Assembly (NCBI GenBank): GCA_964016885.1
Contig: OZ024748.1
Location: 39,990,001-40,054,000 of the forward strand
Length of the DNA stretch: 64,000 nucleotides
Source of the DNA: Eledone cirrhosa
Lineage: Eukaryota
Direction: 5' to 3'
Every line of letters begins with the position of its first letter. The stretch's first letter is position 1. Below are positions 29,601-41,500 of the stretch, piece by piece. Made by a program: the position numbers and the translations under genes. The notes under the pieces were generated by a model. That model saw nothing but the letters and a program-made list of their open reading frames with translations, was not told where the DNA came from and made no database searches.

Positions 29601-32600
29601 GACACTGTCTATGTGATTAAAGACACTGCCAATGTCATTAACTTTTTCATTACCTTATTTCTGACACTGTCTATGTCATTAACCCTTTCATTATCATATT
29701 TCTAATAAAAGACACTGTTTATGTCATTAACCCTATCATTACCATATTTCTAATGAAAGACACTGTCTATGTCATTAACCCTTTATTATCATATTTCTAA
29801 TGAAAGACACTGTCTATGTCATTAACCCTTTCATTACCATATTTCTAATGTAAGACACTGTCTGTCATTAACCCTATCATTACTATATTTCTGATGAAAG
29901 ACACTGCCTATGTCATTAACCCTTTCATTACCATATTTCTAATGAAAGACACTGTCTATGTCATTAACCTATCATATTTCTAATGAAAGACACTGTCTAT
30001 GTCATTAACCCTTTATTATCATATTTCTAATGAAAGACACTGTCTATGTCATTAACCCTTTCATTAACATATTTCTCACAAAAGACACTGCCTATGTCCA
30101 TATTACCATATTTCTAATGAAAGACACTGTCTATGTCATTAACTCTTTCATTACTATATTTCTAATGAAAGACACTGTCTATTTCATTAACCCTTTCATT
30201 ACCATATTTCTAATGAAAGACACTGCCAATGTCATTAACTTTTTCATTACCATATTTCTGACACTGTCTATGTCATTAACCCTTTCATTATCATATGTCT
30301 AATAAAAGACACTGTTTATGTCATTAACCCTTTCATTACCATATTTCTAATGAAAGACACTGTCTATTTCATTAACCCTTTCATTACCATATTTCTAATG
30401 AAAGACACTGTCTATGTCATTAACCATTTCATTACCATATTTCTAATGAAAGACACTGTCTATGTCATTAACCCTTTCATTACCATATTTCTAATAAACG
30501 TCACTGTCTATATCATTAAGCCTTTCATTACCATATTTCTAATGAAAGACACTGTCTATATCATTAACCCTTTCATTACCATATTTCTAATGAAAGACAC
30601 TGTCTATTTCATTAACCCTTTCATTACCATATTTCTAATGAAAGACACTGTCTATGTCATTAACCATTTCATTACCATATTTCTAATGAAAGACACTGTC
30701 TATGTCATTAACCCTTTCATTACCATATTTCTAATAAAAGACACTTTTATGTCATTAACCCTATCATTACCATATTTCTAATGAAAGACACTGTCTATGT
30801 CATTAACCCTTTATTATCATATTTCTAATGAAAGACACTGTCTATGTCATTAACCCTTTCATTACCATATTTCTAATGAAAGACACTGTCTATGTCATTA
30901 ACCATTTCATTACCATATTTCTAATGAAAGTCACTGTCTATCTCATTAACCCTTTCATTACCATATTTCTAATGAAAGACACTGTCTATGTCATTAACCC
31001 TTTATTATCATATTTCTAATGAAAGACACTGTCTATGTCATTAACCCTTTATTATCATATTTCTAATGAAAGACACTGTCTATGTCATTAACCCTTCCAT
31101 TAACATATTTCTCACAAAAGACACTGCCTATGTCCATATTACCATATTTCTAATGAAAGACACTGTCTATCTCATTAACTCTTTCATTACTATATTTCTA
31201 ATGAAAGACACTGTCTATTTCATTAACCCTTTCATTACCATATTTTGTAATGAAAGACACTGCCAATGTCATTAACTTTTTCATTACCATATTTCTGACA
31301 CTGTCTATGTCATTAACCCTTTCATTATCATATGTCTAATAAAAGACACTGTTTATGTCATTAACCCTTTCATTACCATATTTCTAATGAAAGACACTGT
31401 CTATTTCATTAACCCTTTCATTACCATATTTCTAATGAAAGACACTGTCTATTTCATTAACCCTTTCATTACCATATTTCTAATGAAAGACATTGTCTAT
31501 TTCATTAACCCTTTCATTACCATATTTCTAATAAAAGACACTGTTTATGTCATTAACCCTATCATTACCATATTTCTAATGAAAGACAGTGTCTATGTCA
31601 TTAACTCTCTCATTACCATGTTTCTAATGAAAGACACTGCCGATGTCATTAACACATTCATTACCATATTTCTGACACTGTCTATTTCATTAACCCTTTC
31701 ATTACCATATTTCTAATGAAAGACACTGTCTATGTCATTAACCCTTTCATTACCATATTTCTAATGAAAGACACTGTCTATTTCATTAACCCTTTCATTA
31801 CCATATTTCTAATGAAAGACACTGTCTATGTCATTAACCCTTTCATTACCATATTTCTAATGAAAGTCACTGTCTATGTCATTAACCCTTTCATTACCAT
31901 ATTTCTAATGAAAGATACTGTCTATGTCATTGACCATTTCATTACCATATTTCTAATGAAAGACATTGTCTATGTCATTACCATATTTCTAATAAAAGAC
32001 ACTGCCTATGTCATTAACACTTTCATTACCATATTTCTAATGTAAGACACTGTCTGTCATTAACCCTATCATTACTATATTTCTGATGAAAGACACTGCC
32101 TATGTCATTAACCCTTTCATTACCATATTTCTAATGAAAGACACTGTCTATGTCATTAACCCTTTATTATCATATTTCTAATGAAAGACACTGTCTATGT
32201 CATTAACCCTTTATTATCATATTTCTAATGAAAGACACTGTCTATGTCATTAACCCTTTCATTAACATATTTCTCACAAAAGACACTGCCTATGTCCATA
32301 TTACCATATTTCTAATGAAAGACACTGTCTATGTCATTAACTCTTTCATTACTATATTTCTAATGAAAGACACTGTCTATTTTATTAACCCTTTCATTAC
32401 CATATTTCTAATGAAAGACACTGCCAATGTCATTAACTTTTTCATTACCATATTTCTGACACTGTCTATGTCATTAACCCTTTCATTATCATATGTCTAA
32501 TAAAAGACACTGTTTATGTCATTAACCCTTTCATTACCATATTTCTAATGAAAGACACTGTCTATTTCATTAACCCTTTCATTACCATATTTCTAATGAA

Positions 32601-32640
32601 AGACACTGTCTATTTCATTAACCCTTTCATTACCATATTT
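25037..32640. repeat. Tandem higher-order duplication, 3793/3766-bp period
   Basis: 26264/30030, 26584/30350, 27300/31066, 27950/31716 and 28462/32228 differ by 3766. Upstream ends 25780/29573 differ by 3793; the 27-bp difference is explained by a deletion at ~29620 (GTGATTAA|AGACACTGCC). Ends approximate. Confidence 0.88.
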
Positions 32641-35600
32641 GTAATGAAAGACACTGTCTATTTCATTAACCCTTTCATTACCATATTTCTAATGAAAGAC
32701 ACTATTTATGTCATTAACTCTTTCATTACCATATTTCTAATGAAAGACACTGTCTATTTCATTAACCCTTTCATTACCATATTTCTAATGAAAGACACTG
32801 CCAATGTCATTAACTTTTTCATTACCATATTTCTGACACTGTCTATGTCATTAACCCTTTCATTATCATATTTCTAATAAAAGACACTGTTTATGTCATT
32901 AACCCTATCATTACCATATTTCTAATGAAAGACACTGTCTATTTCATTAACCCTTTCATTACCATATTTCTAATGAAAGACACTGTCTATTTCATTAACC
33001 CTTTCATTACCATATTTCTAATGAAAGACACTGTCTATGTCATTAACCATTTCATTACCATATTTCTAATGAAAGACACTGTCTATGTCATTAACCCTTT
33101 CATTACCATATTTCTAATAAACGTCACTGTCTATATCATTAAGCCTTTCATTACCATATTTCTAATGAAAGACACTGTCTATATCATTAACCCTTTCATT
33201 ACCATATTTCTAATGAAAGACACTGTCTATTTCATTAACCCTTTCATTACCATATTTCTAATGAAAGACACTGTCTATGTCATTAACCATTTCATTACCA
33301 TATTTCTAATGAAAGACACTGTCTATGTCATTAACCCTTTCATTACCATATTTCTAATGAAAGACACTGTCTATTTCATTAACCCTTTCATTACCATATT
33401 TCTAATGAAAGACACTGTCTATGTCATTAACCATTTCATTACCATATTTCTAATGAAAGACACTGTCTATGTCATTAACCCTTTATTATCATATTTCTAA
33501 TGAAAGACACTGTCTATGTCATTAACCCTTTCATTACCATATTTCTAATGAAAGACACTGTCTATGTCATTAACCATTTCATTACCATATTTCTAATGAA
33601 AGTCACTGTCTATCTCATTAACCCTTTCATTACCATATTTCTAATGAAAGACACTGTCTATGTCATTAACCCTTTATTATCATATTTCTAATGAAAGACA
33701 CTGTCTATGTCATTAACCCTTTATTATCATATTTCTAATGAAAGACACTGTCTATGTCATTAACCCTTCCATTAACATATTTCTCACAAAAGACACTGCC
33801 TATGTCCATATTACCATATTTCTAATGAAAGACACTGTCTATCTCATTAACTCTTTCATTACTATATTTCTAATGAAAGACACTGTCTATTTCATTAACC
33901 CTTTCATTACCATATTTTGTAATGAAAGACACTGCCAATGTCATTAACTTTTTCATTACCATATTTCTGACACTGTCTATGTCATTAACCCTTTCATTAT
34001 CATATGTCTAATAAAAGACACTGTTTATGTCATTAACCCTTTCATTACCATATTTCTAATGAAAGACACTGTCTATTTCATTAACCCTTTCATTACCATA
34101 TTTCTAATGAAAGACACTGTCTATTTCATTAACCCTTTCATTACCATATTTCTAATGAAAGACATTGTCTATTTCATTAACCCTTTCATTACCATATTTG
34201 TAATGAAAGACACTGTTTATGTCATTAACTCTTCCATTACCATATTTCTAATGAAAGACACTGTCTATTTCATTAACCCTTTCATTACCATATTTCTAAT
34301 GAAAGACACTGCCAATGTCATTAACTTTTTCATTACCATATTTCTGAAACTGTCTATGTCATTAACCCTTTCATTATCATATTTCTAATAAAAGACACTG
34401 TTTATGTCATTAACCCTATCATTACCATATTTCTAATGAAAGACAGTGTCTATGTCATTAACTCTCTCATTACCATGTTTCTAATGAAAGACACTGCCGA
34501 TGTCATTAACACATTCATTACCATATTTCTGACACTGTCTATTTCATTAACCCTTTCATTACCATATTTCTAATGAAAGACACTGTCTATGTCATTAACC
34601 CTTTCATTACCATATTTCTAATGAAAGACACTGTCTATTTCATTAACCCTTTCATTACCATATTTCTAATGAAAGACACTGTCTATGTCATTAACCCTTT
34701 CATTACCATATTTCTAATGAAAGTCACTGTCTATGTCATTAACCCTTTCATTACCATATTTCTAATGAAAGATACTGTCTATGTCATTGACCATTTCATT
34801 ACCATATTTCTAATGAAAGACATTGTCTATGTCAATAACACATTCATTACCATATTTCTAATAAAAGACACTGCCTATGTCATTAACACTTTCATTACCA
34901 TATTTCTAATGTAAGACACTGTCTGTCATTAACCCTATCATTACTATATTTCTGATGAAAGACACTGCCTATGTCATTAACCCTTTCATTACCATATTTC
35001 TAATGAAAGACACTGTCTATGTCATTAACCCTTTATTATCATATTTCTAATGAAAGACACTGTCTATGTCATTAACCCTTTATTATCATATTTCTAATGA
35101 AAGACACTGTCTATGTCATTAACCCTTTCATTAACATATTTCTCACAAAAGACACTGCCTATGTCCATATTACCATATTTCTAATGAAAGACACTGTCTA
35201 TGTCATTAACTCTTTCATTACTATATTTCTAATGAAAGACACTGTCTATTTTATTAACCCTTTCATTACCATATTTCTAATGAAAGACACTGCCAATGTC
35301 ATTAACTTTTTCATTACCATATTTCTGACACTGTCTATGTCATTAACCCTTTCATTATCATATGTCTAATAAAAGACACTGTTTATGTCATTAACCCTTT
35401 CATTACCATATTTCTAATGAAAGACACTGTCTATTTCATTAACCCTTTCATTACCATATTTCTAATGAAAGACACTGTCTATTTCATTAACCCTTTCATT
35501 ACCATATTTCTAATGAAAGACACTGTCTATTTCATTAACCCTTTCATTACCATATTTCTAATGAAAGACACTATTTATGTCATTAACTCTTTCATTACCA

Positions 35601-38454
35601 TATTTCTAATGAAAGACACTGTCTATTTCATTAACCCTTTCATTACCATATTTCTAATGAAAGACACTGCCAATGTCATTATCTTTTTCATTACCATATT
35701 TCTGACACTGTCTATGTCATTAACCCTTTCATTATCATATTTCTAATAAAAGACACTGTTTATGTCATTAACCCTATCATTACCATATTTCTAATGAAAG
35801 ACACTGTCTATTTCATTAACCCTTTCATTACCATATTTCTAATGAAAGACACTGTCTATTTCATTAACCCTTTCATTACCATATTTCTAATGAAAGACAC
35901 TGTCTATGTCATTAACCATTTCATTACCATATTTCTAATGAAAGACACTGTCTATGTCATTAACCCTTTCATTACCATATTTCTAATAAAAGTCACTGTC
36001 TATATCATTAAGCCTTTCATTACCATATTTCTAATGAAAGACACTGTCTATATCATTAACCCTTTCATTACCATATTTCTAATGAAAGACACTGTCTATT
36101 TCATTAACCCTTTCATTACCATATTTCTAATGAAAGACACTGTCTATGTCATTAACCATTTCATTACCATATTTCTAATGAAAGACACTGTCTATGTCAT
36201 TAACCCTTTCATTACCATATTTCTAATAAAAGTCACTGTCTATATCATTAAGCCTTTCATTACCATATTTCTAATGAAAGACACTGTCTATGTCATTAAC
36301 CATTTCATTACCATATTTCTAATGAAAGACACTGTCTATGTCATTAACCCTTTCATTACCATATTTCTAATGAAAGACATTGTCTATGTCAATAACACAT
36401 TCATTACCATATTTCTAATGAAAGACACTGCCTATGTCATTAACCCTTCCATTACCATATTTCTAATGAAAGACACTGTCTATGTCATTTACCTTTATTA
36501 TCATATTTCTAATGAAAGACACTGTCTATGTCATTAACCCTTTATTATCATATTTCTAATGAAAGACACTGTCTATGTGATTAACCCTTTCATTACCATA
36601 TTTCTAATGAAAGACACTGCCAATGTCATTAACTTTTTCATTACCTTATTTCTGACACTGTCTATGTCATTAACCCTTTCATTATCATATTTCTAATAAA
36701 AGACACTGTTTATGTCATTAACCCTATCATTACCATATTTCTAATGAAAGACACTGTCTATGTCATTAACCCTTTATTATCATATTTCTAATGAAAGACA
36801 CTGTCTATGTCATTAACCCTTTCATTACCATATTTCTAATGTAAGACACTGTCTGTCATTAACCCTATCATTACTATATTTCTGATGAAAGACACTGCCT
36901 ATGTCATTAACCCTTTCATTACCATATTTCTAATGAAAGACACTGTCTATGTCATTAACCTATCATATTTCTAATGAAAGACACTGTCTATGTCATTAAC
37001 CCTTTATTATCATATTTCTAATGAAAGACACTGTCTATGTCATTAACCCTTTCATTAACATATTTCTCACAAAAGACACTGCCTATGTCCATATTACCAT
37101 ATTTCTAATGAAAGACACTGTCTATGTCATTAACTCTTTCATTACTATATTTCTAATGAAAGACACTGTCTATTTCATTAACCCTTTCATTACCATATTT
37201 CTAATGAAAGACACTGCCAATGTCATTAACTTTTTCATTACCATATTTCTGACACTGTCTATGTCATTAACCCTTTCATTATCATATGTCTAATAAAAGA
37301 CACTGTTTATGTCATTAACCCTTTCATTACCATATTTCTAATGAAAGACACTGTCTATTTCATTAACCCTTTCATTACCATATTTCTAATGAAAGACACT
37401 GTCTATTTCATTAACCCTTTCATTACTATATTTCTAATGAAAGACACTGTCTATTTCATTAACCCTTTCATTACCATATTTGTAATGAAAGACACTGTCT
37501 ATTTCATTAACCCTTTCATTACCATATTTCTAATGAAAGACACTATTTATGTCATTAACTCTTTCATTACCATATTTCTAATGAAAGACACTGTCTATTT
37601 CATTAACCCTTTCATTACCATATTTCTAATGAAAGACACTGCCAATGTCATTAACTTTTTCATTACCATATTTCTGACACTGTCTATGTCATTAACCCTT
37701 TCATTATCATATTTCTAATAAAAGACACTGTTTATGTCATTAACCCTATCATTACCATATTTCTAATGAAAGACACTGTCTATGTCACTAACCCTGTCAT
37801 TACCATGTTTCTAATGAAAGACACTGCCGATCTCATTAACACATTCATTACCATATTTCTGACACTGTCTATTTCATTAACCCTTTCATTACCATATTTC
37901 TAATGAAAGATACTGTCTATGTCATTGACCATTTCATTACCATATTTCTAATGAAAGACATTGTCTATGTCAATAACACATTCATTACCATATTTCTAAT
38001 GAAAGACACTGCCTATGTCATTAACACTTTCATTACCATATTTCTAATGTAAGACACTGTCTGTCATTAACCCTATCATTACTATATTTCTGATGAAAGA
38101 CACTGCCTATGTCATTAACCCTTTCATTACCATATTTCTAATGAAAGACACTGTCTATGTCATTAACCCTTTATTATCATATTTCTAATGAAAGACACTG
38201 TCTATGTCATTAACCCTTTATTATCATATTTCTAATGAAAGACACTGTCTATGTCATTAACCCTTTCATTAACATATTTCTCACAAAAGACACTGCCTAT
38301 GTCCATATTACCATATTTCTAATGAAAGACACTGTCTATGTCATTAACTCTTTCATTACTATATTTCTAATGAAAGACACTGCCAATGTCATTAACATTT
38401 TCATTACCATATTTCTGACACTGTCTATGTCATTAACCCTTTCATTTGGTGGAT

Positions 38455-38466
38455 TGGCAGTATCGG
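38455..38466 (+). promoter_or_regulatory. RNA polymerase III type-2 promoter A box (degenerate)
   Basis: TGGCAGTATCGG versus consensus TRGCNNARYNNG (one mismatch), 8 nt inside the 5' junction, as expected for a tRNA-derived head. Confidence 0.6.
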
Positions 38467-38517
38467 TAGAGGGTCGGACGCCATGCTTTCCAGCATAGTT
38501 ACGTCCCTTTATGATCT

Positions 38518-38529
38518 GAGTTCAAATCC
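38518..38529 (+). promoter_or_regulatory. RNA polymerase III type-2 promoter B box
   Basis: GAGTTCAAATCC matches the GTTCRANNC core; about 50 nt downstream of the A box. Confidence 0.75.
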
Positions 38530-41500
38530 CGCCGAGGTTGACTTTGCCTTTCATCCTTACGGGGTCGATAAAATAAAGTACCAGTAATGCACTGGGTAAT
38601 TTGCTGGCCTTGTGCCTAAAAGTAGAAACAATTAACATATGTCTAATAAAAGACACTGTTTATGTCATTAACCCTTTCATTACCATATTTCTAATGAAAG
38701 ACACTGTCTATTTCATTAACCCTTTCATTACCATATTTCTAATGAAAGACACTGTCTATTTCATTAACCCTTTCATTACTATATTTCTAATGAAAGACAC
38801 TGTCTATTTCATTAACCCTTTCATTACCATATTTGTAATGAAAGGCACTGTCTATTTCATTAACCCTTTCATTACCATATTTCTAATGAAAGACACTATT
38901 TATGTCATTAACTCTTTCATTACCATATTTCTAATGAAAGACACTGTCTATTTCATTAACCCTTTCATTACCATATTTGTAATGAAAGACACTGTCTATT
39001 TCATTAACCCTTTCATTACCATATTTCTAATGAAAGATACTATTTATGTCATTAACTCTTTCATTACCATATTTCTAATGAAAGACACTGTCTATTTCAT
39101 TAACCCTTTCATTACCATATTTCTAATGAAAGACACTGCCAATGTCATAAACTTTTTCATTACCATATTTCTGACACTGTCTATGTCATTAACCCTTTCA
39201 TTATCATATTTCTAATAAAAGACACTGTTTATGTCATTAACCCTATCATTACCATATTTCTAATGAAAGACACTGGCTATGTCATTAACCCTGTCATTAC
39301 CATGTTTCTAATGAAAGACACTGCCGATGTCATTAACACATTCATTACCATATTTCTGACACTGTCTATTTCATTAACCCTTTCATTACCATATTTCTAA
39401 TGAAAGACACTGTCTATGTCATTAACCCTTTCATTACCATATTTCTAATGAAAGCCACTGTCTATTTCATTAACCCTTTCATTACAATATTTCTAATGAA
39501 AGACACTGTCTATTTCATTAACCCTTTCATTACCATATTTCTAATGAAAGACACTGTCTATTTCATTAACCCTTTCATTACCATATTTGTAATGAAAGAC
39601 ACTGTCTATTTCATTAACCCTTTCATTACCATATTTCTAATGAAAGACACTGTTTATGTCATTAACTCTTTCATTACCATATTTCTAATGAAAGACACTG
39701 TCTATTTCATTAACCCTTTCATTACCATATTTCTAATGAAAGACACTGCCAATGTCATTAACTTTTTCATTACCATATTTCTGACACTGTCTATGTCATT
39801 AACCCTTTCATTACCATATTTCTAATGAAAGACACTGCCAATGTCATTAACTTATTCATTACCATATTTCTGACACTGTCTATGTCATTAACCCTTTCAT
39901 TATCATATTTCTAATAAAAGACACTGTTTATTTCATTAACCCTATCATTACCATATTTCTAATGAAAGACACTGTCTATTTCATTAACCCTTTCATTACC
40001 ATATTCTAATGAAAGACACTGTCTATTTCATTAACCCTTTCATTACCATATTTCTAATGAAAACACTGTCTATGTCATTAACCATTTCATTACCATATTT
40101 CTAATGAAAGTCACTGTCTATCTCATTAACCCTTTCATTACCATATTTCTAATGAAAGACACTTTACCATATTTCTAATGAAAGACACTGTCTATGTCAT
40201 TAACCCTTTCATTACCATATTTCTAATAAAAGTCACTGTCTATATCATTAAGCCTTTCATTACCATATTTCTAATGAAAGACACTGTCTATGCAATTAAC
40301 CCTTTCATTAACATATTTCTCACAAAAGCCACTGTTTATGTCATTGACCATTTCATTACCATATTTCTAATGAAAGACATTGTCTATGTCAATAACACAT
40401 TCATTACCATATTTCTAATGAAATACCATATTTCTAATGAAAGACACTGTCTATGTCATTTACCCTTTATTATCATATTTCTAATGAAAGACACTGTCTA
40501 TGTCATTAACCCTTTATTATCATATTTCTAATGAAAGACACTGTCTATGTCATTAACCCTTTTATTAACATATTTCTCACAAAATACACTGCCTATGTCC
40601 ATATTACTATATTTCTAATGAAAGACACTGTCTATGTCATTAACTCTTTCATTACCATATTTCTAATGAAAGACACTGTCTATTTCATTAACCCTTTCAT
40701 TACCATATTTTTAATGAAAGACACTGCCAATGTCATTAAATATTTCATTACCATATTTCTGACACTGTCTATGTCATTACCCATTTCATTATCATATTTC
40801 TAATAAAAGACACTGTTTATTTTATTAACCCTATCATTACCATATTTCTAATGAAAGACACTGTCTATTTCATTAACCTTTTCATTACCATATTTCTAAT
40901 GAAAGACACTGTCTATGTCATTAACCCTTTCATTACCATATTTCTAATGAAAGTCACTGTTTATGTCATTAACCCTTTCATTACCATATTTCTAATGAAA
41001 GACAATGTCTATGTCATTAACCCTTTCATTACCATATTTCTAATGAAAGACACTGTCTATGTCATTAACCCTTTCATTACCATATTTCTAATGAAAGTCA
41101 CTGTCTATGTCATTAACCCTTTCATTACCATATTTCTAATGAAAGTCACTGTCTATGTCATTGACCCTTTCATTACCATATTTCTAATGAAAGTCACTGT
41201 CTATGTCATTAACCCTTTCATTTCCATATTTCTAATGAAAGTCACTGTCTATGTCATTAACCCTTTCATTACCATATTTCTAATGAAAGACACTGTCTAT
41301 GTCATTAACCCTTTCATTACCATATTTCTAATGAAAGACACTGTCTATGTCATTAACCCTTTTATTAACATATTTCTCACAAAATACACTGCCTATGTCC
41401 ATATTACTATATTTCTAATGAAAGACACTGTCTATGTCATTAACTCTTTCATTACCATATTTCTAATGAAAGACACTGTCTATTTCATTAACCCTTTCAT

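Larger units (their letters stand above)
1..38446. repeat. 48-bp tandem satellite array, left part (extends beyond window start)
   Basis: Continuous head-to-tail repeats of ATGAAAGACACTGTCTATGTCATTAACCCTTTCATTACCATATTTCTA (clean copy at 380-427), all in one orientation, with point and small-indel variants. Monomer composition A15 T18 C11 G4. Confidence 0.99.
38447..38633 (+). mobile_element. tRNA-derived SINE inserted in the satellite (resembles octopus/cephalopod tRNA-SINEs)
   Basis: Only non-satellite segment. It is more GC-rich and contains several CpGs. A-box-like TGGCAGTATCGG (38455-38466) followed by TAGAG; B box GAGTTCAAATCC (38518-38529); central block GACTTTGCCTTTCATCCTTACGGGGTCGATAAAATAAAGTACCAGT; 3' end GGCCTTGTGCCTAAAAGTAGAAACAATT. 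Uninterrupted paralogous empty sites at 45661-45680 and 48729-48750 define the junctions. The family assignment is from recall, not a database search. Confidence 0.88.

Noticed and set aside
38447-38535. Functional tRNA gene
   Set aside because: A and B boxes are present but I could not fold a convincing cloverleaf, there is no T-run terminator after the T arm, and the sequence continues into a SINE-like body and tail.
38235-39215. ORFs with non-repeat ends (…GGLAVSVEGRTPCFPA; MLALCLKVET…)
   Set aside because: These are read-through between satellite and SINE sequence, not genes.
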